The notes: a model not told the origin generated them from the sequence alone. A stretch of DNA of 63,903 bases, filler included, from 4 parts of 4 records of this genome joined end to end with filler, not necessarily neighbours in it, one strand, 5' to 3'. Counted from the whole stretch's first letter, positions 30,244-40,502 are shown. Numbers and translations: made by a program.

Positions 30244-33200
30244 CTAAAAAGTAACGATTTCCGTATTGCCCAATAAGGTTTGCAGTTCTTCCTTCCACGA
30301 GTTGCCGCCAATAGTCTCTGCCAGTTTTTCTGCAAAATGCATGGGCTGTAGATTGAGCGATGCTGTATTTCTGCTCAACCCTGAGATGCAGGAGGGACAG
30401 TTCGTGAGGATTTTTGTGGGCTGCTCTTTTTCCAGCGCATGTTCAATAGCCTGCCGCTTGCGAAGCAGCATGGCGTCTGAGATATCCGGCCTGGAAAGAG
30501 CCATAGTCCCTGCTTCAGAGCAGCAATTGGGAACTGCTGTTACTTGGCTGCCAAGTGCAGCTTGGATCGTTCCCACACCGCTCGCTTCCATGGAATCGTG
30601 ACACGGGGTATGGTAAAAGAAGCTGCCTGCACCATTTGTTGGGATTACTGCATCTCCCTTTTCGATCACAAATCGTGAAATATCGTTAATTTTACAGTTA
30701 AAAATATCCTCAACCCCCATCTCACCTAAGGCTTCCCTGCAGGTTCCACAACTGATGACAAACGCATCAAAAACGATGTAGCCAAGCATGTCTCTGATCT
30801 GGCTGAGAATGATGGTGTCGCGGAGGCTGATTTCGCCGTGCATCTTCTTTTTCGCATTGACCTTAGCTGGGAATCCGCAACAGAGGAAAGGCGGGGGAAG
30901 TACAATTCTGATATTGTTTTTTAGCAGGATATAGATCGAGGCCATGGATATCTCTGCATAGAGGCGCTCAGAGCCACACCCTGGGAAATAAAACACGGTT
31001 TTATCACTTTGCTCTGCAGGCGGATGGATAAGGAGCGTTTCACTGTTGGTGCAGGTTGGCAGGATGTCGTGCAGTGTGTTTTTTGAAGCGGGTGCCATCT
31101 GTGACTGCAACAGCTGCAGTGGCTTCCAGTTTTTTGATGCAATTGATTCTGGGGCCTTTTTCATCAGTGTTGCGGCCTGACGCTGAACGGCAGCACCCCA
31201 CTGAACAACGGTCTTGCGAAAGGCAGCGTTGAACAGTTTATTCCTATTTTTCAGGTAATACAGTGACATCCTGGTCTGTGGCGGAGAGTGTTTATACCCA
31301 AGGCTTCCCAGAATTTCTCTTTCTAAAATGGAAACTTCTGCGGTGTCGATGTCAACCGGGCAGGGTGCAAGACATTTCCTGCACATGGTGCAGTGGTCTG
31401 CGACTTCTTCCAGGTATTTGAGTTGATTGAAGCGCGGGAAGCGAGAGCGCTGCATGTCATAAAGGAGGGCCTCAATCAATGCGCCGATCACCAGGTTTTT
31501 ATTGCGTGGATGGAAATAGAGGTTGGCTCCGGGAAAGAAGACACAGCAATCTGCCTTACATTTACCGCAGCGTATACAGCGGGAAATTTTGGATGCAAGT
31601 GTCTCCAAAGAGCCATGTTGCAGTATTCGCGCCTCAAGTTCGAGCAGGTTAAACGACGGAGTAAAGACCTTTTCAATGATTTCTCGATCATTAAGCTTAC
31701 CAGGATTCATCACCCCTTTGGGATCAACTTCCTGCCTGTATCGGTTCAACTCCTCTACCCGTTGTTCATCAAGGAATTTCATTTTAGTAATGCCGATACC
31801 GTGTTCCCCACTTACAACCCCATCCAGTTCCATAGCTTTGGCCATGATGTCTTCAGCTGTTTTTTCAGCACGTTTCATCATGAATCGGTCATTGGAAAAA
31901 ACCGGTATGTTGACATGCACGTTGCCGTCACCAGCGTGCATATGAGTGGCGATGACTATTCGCTTTGTCCGAACATCCTTATAAATCTTTTCAATGTTGG
32001 CACTGACCCTGCTGTATCCGCGAAACAGTTCGAGCAGGTCTGCCTGGAGCTGGTTGATGTAAGCGTGATTGCGGATTGATTCTTCGGTACGCTGTTCCAG
32101 TTTTGCCAGAGTCTCATGGCATAGTTCCTCAGCCTTGGGCATCTTGGCTTCAAGCCAGTCAGGATCCTCTATGGGTTCAGCTGTCTCAAGGTAGGCCAGG
32201 GTTTCCCGGATGAAGTACTGTTTGTTGTAAATGTCCTCTTCTATGTTGTATGCATCAACATAGCGGGCAAATTCAGCCAAGGCTGGCAAGGGTAGAACAA
32301 TATCTTCATTGAGTTTAAAGGCATTGGTACGGGCGGCGATTGCCCCGAGCCGTTTGCGGTCACGCCAGAACCGGGTGGCCTCATCAGCATCCCTGGCAAT
32401 AAAAATTTCTGTGTTCACATAGGGTTCAAGCAGTTTGACCAAGCGTGTGCGACCGTTTTCAAGCTGTTCATCGTTATGAGCAACCATATCAATGAGTAGT
32501 ACAGCTTTCGGGCTTTCACTGCGGGCGGCCTTGAACTTATAATTAATAGCCTTGATATACTCATCGTCAAAATGCTCCAGGGCCATGAGCGCTTCCTGCC
32601 CCTGATTGGTCAATTCCTCCGAAATTTCAACAATGACTCGGCTGGCCTCATCCATATCCTTGCCAAAAAATTCCAGGCAAAAGGTCATTTTCTTTTTGTA
32701 GGCTTTGTAGAGGATGAATTCAGCAGAGGTAATCACCCCGTCTGTCCCCTCTTTTTGTACCCCTGGTAAGCCCTTGAGAGCCTTGTTGGTTATATCTTTC
32801 CACAGCCCTTTTTTGCGAATTTCATCACCACCGAGTTCAATGCTTTTGACCTGTTGGCCACTGCTGTTGAGTATGTCATACACCACCGTGTCGTCAGGCA
32901 GGATTTTACGAAGTGGGTGATTGATGCGCCGCACAGTAAACAGCTCTCCGCCAGGCATAGCAATGTTGTAGGAGAGAATGTTATCAATGGCTGTTCCCCA
33001 GAGAACTGCTGTTTTACCCCCGGCGTTTTCAGAGATATTGCCGCCAATGGTCGAAGCCCAGGCACTGGTGGGATCAGTAGCAAAAACGAGCCCCTCTTTG
33101 TCGGCAAAGGCCATGGCATCCTGGGTGATGACACCTGCCTCCAAATGCATGATCGGTACCTTTTCCTGGTTGTCCTCTGCAATGGTGCGGTAGGTTATGG

Positions 33201-33897
33201 GAGATATATGGTTGAGCTTTTCTGTGTTGATGATAACGCAGTTATTACCGACCGGAACGCTGCCGCCGGTAAGCCCTGTGCCGCCGCCTCTGGGAATAAC
33301 GTGTAATCCCATGTCCTCAATGGTTTTTAAAAGAGGTGCTACCTGTTCTTCAGCATCGGGACGAAGAACAGCAAGCGGCAGATAGAGACGCCAGTCGGTT
33401 GCATCGGTGGCATGGCTCATTAAGGAAAAGGGGTCAAAACAGACATTTTCCCGGCCAATGATTGCGCCTAGCTTTTTTTGGATTTTTTCGCGTCTTGCTT
33501 TTGCACCACTGATCTCTTTGTTAAGCTTCTTGAGCCTTTCAATACAAAGGTTGACCAGGTTGACGACCTTGGTGCTGCGGCTATAGTCAACACCGACTCG
33601 CTGGGCAGTGTTTTTGATGATGGACAGGTCTTTTTCAGCGGTTTTGAAAAAATGAAGTCGTCGGCTATGGGAATCGATCAGTTCTTGATAAAGAAAGGGA
33701 TTGCGACGTAAAATGAACAGATCCCCCATGAATCGCATGACTAGTCGTGCTGAGCGGCCTGTTACCCGCTGGCTGCGAAGTTCTTCCAGGTCTGACCAGA
33801 CGTTTTGGCCAAAGAGGTGTTTGATAATCAGCCTGTCATCTGCTGAAGTGAAATTATAGGGAATCTCGCGATGGGTGTTTGTGTTCATGGTATTCAT
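30244..33897 (-). CDS. Large FAD-binding / 4Fe-4S / CCG-domain oxidoreductase (DUF3683-type, GlcD+GlcF-like fusion)
   Basis: REIPYNFTS N-terminus, IPRGGGTGLTGG, ENAGG, HMHAGDGNVH, GEHGIG, CIRCGKCKADC, CTMCRKCLAPCP, FPGC..CCG, NCPSC. Confidence 0.92.
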   Translation of the reverse strand: MNTMNTNTHREIPYNFTSADDRLIIKHLFGQNVWSDLEELRSQRVTGRSARLVMRFMGDLFILRRNPFLYQELIDSHSRRLHFFKTAEKDLSIIKNTAQRVGVDYSRSTKVVNLVNLCIERLKKLNKEISGAKARREKIQKKLGAIIGRENVCFDPFSLMSHATDATDWRLYLPLAVLRPDAEEQVAPLLKTIEDMGLHVIPRGGGTGLTGGSVPVGNNCVIINTEKLNHISPITYRTIAEDNQEKVPIMHLEAGVITQDAMAFADKEGLVFATDPTSAWASTIGGNISENAGGKTAVLWGTAIDNILSYNIAMPGGELFTVRRINHPLRKILPDDTVVYDILNSSGQQVKSIELGGDEIRKKGLWKDITNKALKGLPGVQKEGTDGVITSAEFILYKAYKKKMTFCLEFFGKDMDEASRVIVEISEELTNQGQEALMALEHFDDEYIKAINYKFKAARSESPKAVLLIDMVAHNDEQLENGRTRLVKLLEPYVNTEIFIARDADEATRFWRDRKRLGAIAARTNAFKLNEDIVLPLPALAEFARYVDAYNIEEDIYNKQYFIRETLAYLETAEPIEDPDWLEAKMPKAEELCHETLAKLEQRTEESIRNHAYINQLQADLLELFRGYSRVSANIEKIYKDVRTKRIVIATHMHAGDGNVHVNIPVFSNDRFMMKRAEKTAEDIMAKAMELDGVVSGEHGIGITKMKFLDEQRVEELNRYRQEVDPKGVMNPGKLNDREIIEKVFTPSFNLLELEARILQHGSLETLASKISRCIRCGKCKADCCVFFPGANLYFHPRNKNLVIGALIEALLYDMQRSRFPRFNQLKYLEEVADHCTMCRKCLAPCPVDIDTAEVSILEREILGSLGYKHSPPQTRMSLYYLKNRNKLFNAAFRKTVVQWGAAVQRQAATLMKKAPESIASKNWKPLQLLQSQMAPASKNTLHDILPTCTNSETLLIHPPAEQSDKTVFYFPGCGSERLYAEISMASIYILLKNNIRIVLPPPFLCCGFPAKVNAKKKMHGEISLRDTIILSQIRDMLGYIVFDAFVISCGTCREALGEMGVEDIFNCKINDISRFVIEKGDAVIPTNGAGSFFYHTPCHDSMEASGVGTIQAALGSQVTAVPNCCSEAGTMALSRPDISDAMLLRKRQAIEHALEKEQPTKILTNCPSCISGLSRNTASLNLQPMHFAEKLAETIGGNSWKEELQTLLGNTEIVTF

Positions 33898-34194
33898 TAA
33901 ATGATCGAATTTGTATATATCATCGGACAGCCATAATTACGGCTGCTAAGTGCTGTTTGTGCCATCAAAAGATACTACGGGAACTCGTTGGTAGGATTAC
34001 TTCGTGAAGAGGTGTTCTATACAACAGACCTGCAATAGTATTGTGTTTTCGATGCGATTGTTTCAGATAAATCCATATGTAAAGGGTAAAGTTCTAAAAC
34101 GAATACACGTAAGTGTACGCTTGGTGGACTAAAATTGCTATTATAATTTGTGAATGGTCGAAAAAAGACACAAAGTTATATGAATGGAGGGTGT

Positions 34195-34704
34195 ATGGAG
34201 GTCATAAATATTGTTACCGGTGATATAACAAGCATGGCCGTGGATGCAATTGTCAATGCTGCCAACAATTCTCTGCTCGGTGGAGGGGGAGTAGATGGTG
34301 CTATTCACCGCGCTGCCGGACCAGAACTGCTTGATGCCTGTATCCCGTTGGGAGGCTGTGCCACCGGAGAGGCAAAAATAACCCCTGGGTTCAATCTTCC
34401 TGCCCGCTATGTTATCCATACTGTCGGCCCCGTCTGGCGTGGAGGAAACAGTGACGAACCTGCACTGCTTGCAGCATGCTATCGCAACTCTTTGAATCTT
34501 GCCGAACAAAACCAGCTGCGTTCAATAGCGTTTCCTGCTGTCAGCTGCGGGGTGTATGGCTTTCCAGTGAAACAGGCCTGTACCATCGCTTACGATGTGG
34601 TCCATACCCATCTTCAGCAGGACACCTCCATCTCTACGGTCTATTTTGTTTGCTTTAATGAGGAGATTAAACATGCCTATGAGCAGGCTGCGGCCTGCCG
34701 ATAA
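34195..34704 (+). CDS. ymdB: Macro-domain O-acetyl-ADP-ribose deacetylase
   Basis: GDIT, DAIVNAANNSLLGGGGVDGAIHRAAG, VIHTVGP, SIAFPAVSCGVYGFP; GGAGG RBS before ATG 34195. Confidence 0.92.
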   Translation: MEVINIVTGDITSMAVDAIVNAANNSLLGGGGVDGAIHRAAGPELLDACIPLGGCATGEAKITPGFNLPARYVIHTVGPVWRGGNSDEPALLAACYRNSLNLAEQNQLRSIAFPAVSCGVYGFPVKQACTIAYDVVHTHLQQDTSISTVYFVCFNEEIKHAYEQAAACR

Positions 34705-34726
34705 GCGTTTGGTTTAAAGGGCCTCC

Positions 34727-36406
34727 TTACTTCAATCCCTTTTTGTACAGGGGGAGTAAACCTTCCGACGGGGATGCTGTGTTTCCTTTGTCAGACTGTT
34801 GGTGTTGTTTTTTCCATGCTTGCCAGAGCTTATTTCCATCCCACTGGCTCTCAACTCCCGCACCAGCATAGAGGTAGGCATTAAGTTCTGTCACCATGTC
34901 CTTCAGTGGGCCCATTGCTTCTTGCCCGGCTAGCAACTGGTTGAGCTGCTTGCGGGCCACTTCGGCCTCACCTGCCATACATGCCTTGTGCAGTTTCTTT
35001 TCAAGCGTATGCATGGCCGTATTGCCCGTGTCATTGGCATGATCCTGCTGTCTGCCGTTCTTGGCAGTGCCTTTTTTCCACCAGGCAATAAGGGTCACCA
35101 GCCAGCAACATGCAAGCGCCATGCTGGCCCAGAACCAGCCGCCTCCTTTTATCCAGAATGGTTGTGGTGCAGCTTCAGCGACCTTTTGTGACGGAACCGG
35201 TGTCGCAACCTGTACAGGGGAATCCATTGGTTTTTCCTGTGCTGGCTCAAGCGAGGGCAGGACCTGAAGTGTATGAGGCTCGAACGTGAGTTGCTCCTGG
35301 GAACTTGTTGCCACATTCCACCAGGGGATGGGCTGGGGTGCAAGGGTTACTTCGCCTGCTTGAGAGGGTATCAACGTAATTTTTTGGGTCAATACCCCTG
35401 TCATACCTTTACCTGTGATAGTATTTTCAAAATTCGCCTGATCAGGATAAAGGCGCACAGTCTGGTCTAGTGACAATTGCGGTTCTGGCAGTCTGTTTGC
35501 CGGTAATCCTGCGGCGTTGAGAATAAAGTTGAGGGTGATTGGCTCTCCTGCCCGTATTTCACCGGTGGTTTGGTTCAGTTCCATGCTGCCGGTAAGTTGT
35601 TTGCTCGGTAGCCAAGGCGCTGGAGCTTGAGCCGGTTTTGGTTTGACTTCCAGTCGTAATTCTTTGGATCGTATCCTTTTGGTTGCTCCGGCCTGGGGAA
35701 AGGGGTCGAAAAAGGAGGTGGAGCGTCTCCCCACCTGGCCATGGAAGAGAAGCGGCGGAATAACCAACTCCCCAGGCTGCTGTGGAAATAATGTATAGCG
35801 ACGTTCATTAACCCGGTAATTGCGTCCGTTTCGGGTGGTGGTGTACTCATGGGCATCACCAAGCTTATGCACTGTTGTATTTTCAGGCTCGGGCTCAGAG
35901 AGGCTGCCGCTTGCTATGGAGGCCCCGACATAGAGGCGAACGGTGAGTAGGACCTGAGATTGGACATAAGGTTTGTCCGGGGTCGCATGCACCTCAAGAA
36001 AAAAATCCTGGTTGTCAGTCATGGCCTTTGAGGGCTTGGCAGTGGTGACAATCAGTTCCACCGCATTGCTGTGTTCCTTGCCCACCAGAATAGGAGGGAT
36101 GGTCAGCCTGCCTATCCTTTTGGGCATCAGGCTGAGTTGGTACTGCTTAGAACGATTGCTTGTGCCGTTGATGATCTGCATGTTGGTGCTGCTGCCCTGG
36201 GCAAGAATCTCAAAATCATTGTTCAGGGGAGAAAAATCCGGTTCTTTTCCAGATGGGTCATTAACAATGAGCTGGTAGGTAACCGACTCATCGATGACAA
36301 TCGGATTTCTGTCAACACGGGCAGTGATTGGCCCGCCAAATGCGTTATCAAAGACGCACAGTGACAGGAGAAGCAGAAAGAGAGAGCGTAATATTCTGTT
36401 CACCAT
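34727..36406 (-). CDS. batD: BatD family protein
   Basis: Signal peptide, ARVDRNPI, S..QIING, YVQSQV, LFPQQPGEL, WLPS, YPDQ, IPWWNV, C-terminal TM helix, LLPLY; directly follows a BatB/C-like tail. Confidence 0.85.
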   Translation of the reverse strand: MVNRILRSLFLLLLSLCVFDNAFGGPITARVDRNPIVIDESVTYQLIVNDPSGKEPDFSPLNNDFEILAQGSSTNMQIINGTSNRSKQYQLSLMPKRIGRLTIPPILVGKEHSNAVELIVTTAKPSKAMTDNQDFFLEVHATPDKPYVQSQVLLTVRLYVGASIASGSLSEPEPENTTVHKLGDAHEYTTTRNGRNYRVNERRYTLFPQQPGELVIPPLLFHGQVGRRSTSFFDPFPQAGATKRIRSKELRLEVKPKPAQAPAPWLPSKQLTGSMELNQTTGEIRAGEPITLNFILNAAGLPANRLPEPQLSLDQTVRLYPDQANFENTITGKGMTGVLTQKITLIPSQAGEVTLAPQPIPWWNVATSSQEQLTFEPHTLQVLPSLEPAQEKPMDSPVQVATPVPSQKVAEAAPQPFWIKGGGWFWASMALACCWLVTLIAWWKKGTAKNGRQQDHANDTGNTAMHTLEKKLHKACMAGEAEVARKQLNQLLAGQEAMGPLKDMVTELNAYLYAGAGVESQWDGNKLWQAWKKQHQQSDKGNTASPSEGLLPLYKKGLK

Positions 36407-36783
36407 AGCTGTTGTTCTTGTTGTTTCGGTTGTTGTTGATACTGGTAGCGAAATTTTCGACGCCAGAGTCCCCCTGGATCATCAGGGATGGTGCGGAGGA
36501 CCTGTTCCTGTTGCTGTTGCTGCTCGTTTTTCGGTTGGCTGTTATCTGTCAGGGCCTGTTGGGGTTCCTGTTCTTTTTCTTTTGGGGCAGGATCTTTTTG
36601 TGCTTTAAGTGGTTGCTCCTGTTTTTCTGAAGCTTGTTTGTCCTGTTGCTGGTGGTTGTCTTTTTGTTGATCTGAGGCGCTGCTGGTTTCTTTGTTATTT
36701 TCCTGCTCCGCTGCCTTTTGGGGCTTGTTTTTTTCAGCCCCTTGGTCTTCGCTTTGCTGTTGTTGCTGTTGTTGCTGTTGTTG
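36400..36783 (-). CDS. C-terminal fragment of a BatB/BatC-like (VWA/TPR) protein with Q-rich linker, truncated by contig end
   Basis: Manual translation ...EQQQQQEQVLRTIPDDPGGLWRRKFRYQYQQQPKQQEQQLW*; its TGA overlaps the batD start (ATGGTGA); absent from the ORF track. Confidence 0.8.
   Translation of the reverse strand, partial: QQQQQQQQQQSEDQGAEKNKPQKAAEQENNKETSSASDQQKDNHQQQDKQASEKQEQPLKAQKDPAPKEKEQEPQQALTDNSQPKNEQQQQQEQVLRTIPDDPGGLWRRKFRYQYQQQPKQQEQQLW
36754..36783. repeat. Tandem 9-mer (TTGCTGTTG)x3+ encoding poly-Gln on the - strand
   Basis: Read directly; it runs into the contig end. Confidence 0.8.
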
Positions 36784-36883
36784 NNNNNNNNNNNNNNNNN
36801 NNNNNNNNNNNNNNNNNNNNNNNNNNNTTAATTAATTAANNNNNNNNNNNNNNNNNNNNNNNNNNNNNNNNNNNNNNNNNNNN
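36784..36883. other. Artificial contig linker
   Basis: 44 N + TTAATTAATTAA + 44 N. Confidence 0.99.
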
Positions 36884-37145
36884 CAAAGTATTCCACCGCA
36901 TTTTCAGGAAAAAATTGTTTCATTTCGCTATACAGTTGCGCTGCTAAAGTTTTGTTATGACTCAACACCAATGTTGGACGTTTAACCTTCTCAATTACAT
37001 TGGCCACCGTAAAAGTTTTTCCTGAACCGGTCACCCCCAGCAAAGTCTGAAAACGCTCTCCTCCCTCCACGCCTTCAGCAAGTTGACGGATAGCTCCTGG
37101 TTGATCACCAGTAGGTTTATATTGCGAAACTACGTTAAAATCCAT
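36884..37145 (-). CDS. uvrB: Excinuclease ABC subunit B, N-terminal fragment
   Basis: [54 protein letters not shown] -7-like element on - strand at 37172-37179. Confidence 0.96.
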
Positions 37146-37281
37146 TAGACGAATATAAGTATTATTGAGCGCAAAATTAATCCTAAACATTAGGTGCTCA
37201 TATGCTTTTTTTTATATTTTTGCCTATAACCATTAAGAACCAGTAATTTGAAGGGACGCAAATTACTTCATAAAGTATAAT

Positions 37282-37989
37282 ATGAGTTGGATAAAACAAA
37301 CGATAATAGCAATGCTATTATTGAGCATAAATTTTTATGCATTCGCACAAGAAGAAATTACCTCATCGAAATACAAAGCCTCAACGCTAAAAGGATTATA
37401 CCTCGGCACCCAAGCTTCAACGAACGGATGGGGCGGAAACATAAGGTATGCATTTAACGATTGGTTTTCCTTGCGTTCGGGCTACGAAATACTTAATCTG
37501 AACTACGATTTCGATTTTGACGAGAATGATGTAGAGTATGAAGCCGGAATGGATTTCGAAACCGGGGGTATAATGGCTTTGGTTGACCTGGCCTATGCAA
37601 AAAACTTATACGTTTCAGGGGGTATCGTTTTTACCCATTTCAATACCAAAATTGCTGGACTTGCAGCAAGCGACCTGGAATACGGCGATATAACAATTCC
37701 GGCAGAAGACATTGGTGATTTTACTTTTACTGCAAAACCAGGACTTAAAGCAGCGCCATACGGAGGTGCTGGATACAGGGCTTTCTGGGGAAAACGCGAT
37801 GGTATTGTTTTTAATTTTGAAACCGGATTATATTACATGGGAGCTCCCGATATTACAATTGAAGCAACTGGTCTTCTGGCTCCAACTGCTGATCCTGCTT
37901 TTGGACAAGAAGAGTACTTGGAAAATCAATTTGACGCATATAAAATTTACCCGGTTATAAAGCTCGGGCTTGCCGTTAAACTGTTTTAA
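37282..37989 (+). CDS. Putative outer-membrane beta-barrel protein
   Basis: Signal peptide, amphipathic Gly/aromatic strands, C-terminal YPVIKLGLAVKLF with terminal Phe (BAM-type signal). Confidence 0.7.
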   Translation: MSWIKQTIIAMLLLSINFYAFAQEEITSSKYKASTLKGLYLGTQASTNGWGGNIRYAFNDWFSLRSGYEILNLNYDFDFDENDVEYEAGMDFETGGIMALVDLAYAKNLYVSGGIVFTHFNTKIAGLAASDLEYGDITIPAEDIGDFTFTAKPGLKAAPYGGAGYRAFWGKRDGIVFNFETGLYYMGAPDITIEATGLLAPTADPAFGQEEYLENQFDAYKIYPVIKLGLAVKLF

Positions 37990-38007
37990 ATTCGAAACCA
38001 CAACAAC

Positions 38008-39627
38008 ATGAAAAAAATAGCTAAACAATTCTTAAAATTAACCCTGGGACTGCTATTAATTGCAGGTGCCGGATGTGGAGAAATGCTGGATAATCCAACT
38101 GTTGACAATGAAACTGGCGAGGACATCAGGTTATTGGTACTCGATTTCAATTTCTTTACCACACGAATGAATTTTCGCTTGGTTGATAATGAAACCAGTA
38201 ACCCGATTACCAAACAAGCTAAAATATGGTTTACAGGTAACAATGCCAACGACATTGTAGATTTTGCTGGGGAAAAGCATACTGATTTCTCAACTTCTCA
38301 AGGTCAAATGGAATTAACAACCGATCCGAATGTAGATATTTCGTCAACTTCTCCCTTTGAATATGCCGTACATGTTGAAATAGATGGTTATGAGCCATTC
38401 TCGCAAGGAATACAGATTAATGCTGAAGGGAAAAAAACCTTCGAGCTTTCAATTCAAAAGGAAGCTGAAGATGATACGGTTTTAACCGGAGAAGAAGATG
38501 GTGATTCATTTGTTTTTTCGGTGATTGGAGAAACTTTAAAAGCTGCAACAATCGATGCGAATTACAAAATCAACTATAGAATTACCAAAGCTGACTTACT
38601 TAAAGTTAAGAATTCTTCTGGTCGGATTTTTCAAAACGAAGATGAACTAATGGCCGCCTATGAAAAAGACACGACTAACTTCATTTCTATCTCCCTTAAT
38701 ACCAATACGATATATAAAAACAAAATCGACAGGATATATGTAGATGGTGTACCTAAAATAGTCAGTTTTCAAAAACTGGAAGCTGGAAAACTGACAATGT
38801 TAAACCTGAACAAAACCCAGGTGACAGATTTAAACGGAGCTGTAATCACTCAGATAGCAACTTCGTTAGAAGATCCTGAACCTGAAATATTTGGATTTGT
38901 TTCTTTTGATGAGATGGCATGGAAAAACAAGGGAAAAATCATCAACCATACCGATTTATACTTTAATTATATTCTTGCCAAAGCAACCGAAGAGGAATTT
39001 TGCAGCCTGGGAGCAACTATAAAGTTTAGCTCTGATGCGATTTCCAGCTTTTCAATCGATGCTGATATTTATAATGCCGATGGCGATAAAATTCTCACAA
39101 CCAATTTTAAAGGCAAATTCCCGGAATCATTTACTTTGGAAAATGTCCCACAAATTCCTGCTACAATCAAATTCAGAGACAACAACCCTTCATTTAATCC
39201 AATTAGTGACCTTAAGGTAGATAACCTTTGTAGCAGTGATTTAAGTATTAATGTTACAGCTGCAGATGAATATGTAGCCTACCAGGTTGTTCTTGAGGCT
39301 TATTGCGAGAACAATCCATCCTTTTCAATTGCTCCAACCTATAGTGCTGAGATTAGTTTAAAAGGAGATACAATCTGGCAGGGAATCGATATGGAAAGTG
39401 GCGTTGTAGATATACTTGCCAAAAAAGATTCGGATTATGAATTACACATACTTTGGAATGGACAATATGAAACAGCGAATTTTTCTACCAAATTCGATGA
39501 GGAAGGTAACTACATAAATACAACCGGATCAGAAGTATTGGTAGGTGAAACCGAGGATAAACGCAAGCAGTTTCTGATTAAGCATACATTCGAACAGGAT
39601 ATATGCGATGATTTAAACTGGAAGTAA
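38008..39627 (+). CDS. Hypothetical acidic beta-rich lipoprotein
   Basis: Signal II with GAGC lipobox; 18 bp after the beta-barrel gene; no recognised catalytic motif. Confidence 0.75.
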   Translation: MKKIAKQFLKLTLGLLLIAGAGCGEMLDNPTVDNETGEDIRLLVLDFNFFTTRMNFRLVDNETSNPITKQAKIWFTGNNANDIVDFAGEKHTDFSTSQGQMELTTDPNVDISSTSPFEYAVHVEIDGYEPFSQGIQINAEGKKTFELSIQKEAEDDTVLTGEEDGDSFVFSVIGETLKAATIDANYKINYRITKADLLKVKNSSGRIFQNEDELMAAYEKDTTNFISISLNTNTIYKNKIDRIYVDGVPKIVSFQKLEAGKLTMLNLNKTQVTDLNGAVITQIATSLEDPEPEIFGFVSFDEMAWKNKGKIINHTDLYFNYILAKATEEEFCSLGATIKFSSDAISSFSIDADIYNADGDKILTTNFKGKFPESFTLENVPQIPATIKFRDNNPSFNPISDLKVDNLCSSDLSINVTAADEYVAYQVVLEAYCENNPSFSIAPTYSAEISLKGDTIWQGIDMESGVVDILAKKDSDYELHILWNGQYETANFSTKFDEEGNYINTTGSEVLVGETEDKRKQFLIKHTFEQDICDDLNWK

Positions 39628-39651
39628 ATGAAATATTTTTCCTGAGTAATT

Positions 39652-39715
39652 AAAAGAGAATCTCCATATTGCCTAACTCAAACTTAAATTAGCAAATATG
39701 AAGATTCTCCTTTTT
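39652..39715. terminator. Imperfect hairpin, probable bidirectional terminator
   Basis: AAAAGAGAATCTCCATATT... / ...AATATGAAGATTCTCCTTTTT between convergent genes. Confidence 0.55.
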
Positions 39716-39785
39716 ATATCATGTATATCAAATTTTCTTCAGGTCAGTATAACTCAAAAAATATTTACTGGTTAACCTTACTTAA

Positions 39786-40388
39786 TTAACCACCTATTAC
39801 TACATCATAATAATCAGTAACCAGAGTTGCCATCATACCTGCATCGCGAGCAGCTTGCATACCAAGTTCTCCATCTTCAAAAACCTGGCAATCTGCGGGA
39901 TTTACCCCCAATAGTTCGGCACAACGTAAAAAAGTTTCAGGATGCGGTTTCGGATTTGAAATATCATCGGCAGAAACCAGAATATCGATATTATTTTTTA
40001 TCCCTATAATTTCCATTGTTTTCCAGGCTAAACGACGATACCCCCCTGTACCAACCGCCATTGGCAATTTATTGTAGTACTTCTTTACCAAATTAACTAC
40101 CGGATCGATGGGCTTCATCTGATGCATATTTCGTTCGTATTCCTGTTCCTTTTCAAGTCCAACTTCTTCAGGATTCAATGTAGTTCCATAGGCCTCGTTT
40201 ATTTTTACAATAGTTCCAACCGCTGGCACACCAGCTAAAGCTATAAACATTTCCGTTGTATACTTAATACCATATTTCCCTAAAATATTTTGATAAGCTG
40301 CAAAATGCACAGCCATGGTATCAGCTAATGTTCCGTCTAAATCAAATATTAGAGCCTTTGCCTTTGGATTTATATCAAGTCTTTGCAT
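39786..40388 (-). CDS. HAD-superfamily phosphatase (beta-PGM/YqaB-like)
   Basis: IFDLDGTLADT, AVGTGG, KPHPETF, VFEDG. Confidence 0.92.
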   Translation of the reverse strand: MQRLDINPKAKALIFDLDGTLADTMAVHFAAYQNILGKYGIKYTTEMFIALAGVPAVGTIVKINEAYGTTLNPEEVGLEKEQEYERNMHQMKPIDPVVNLVKKYYNKLPMAVGTGGYRRLAWKTMEIIGIKNNIDILVSADDISNPKPHPETFLRCAELLGVNPADCQVFEDGELGMQAARDAGMMATLVTDYYDVVIGG

Positions 40389-40502
40389 GTACTAGTTCTG
40401 TTTTTTGTTTTGCCGAAAGTAATCTTTATAACTCCGTCAGCGATAAAAGCTTTTAACATTTAAGAAAAATTTTAAACTTTGTTGTCCTAAAATTAAGAAA
40501 GT

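Noticed and set aside
34195..34704. Macro domain as DarG antitoxin of a toxin-antitoxin system
   Set aside because: Single-domain YmdB-type protein with no neighbouring darT or sirtuin gene
36420..36783. Repetitive TTG/CTG-rich tract as a possible CRISPR array
   Set aside because: No repeat-spacer periodicity and no cas genes; explained by Gln-rich coding on the - strand
36609..37190. ORFs ending in XXXX-LIN that run into the linker (also 47914-48705)
   Set aside because: The LIN* tail is translated linker sequence, an artefact
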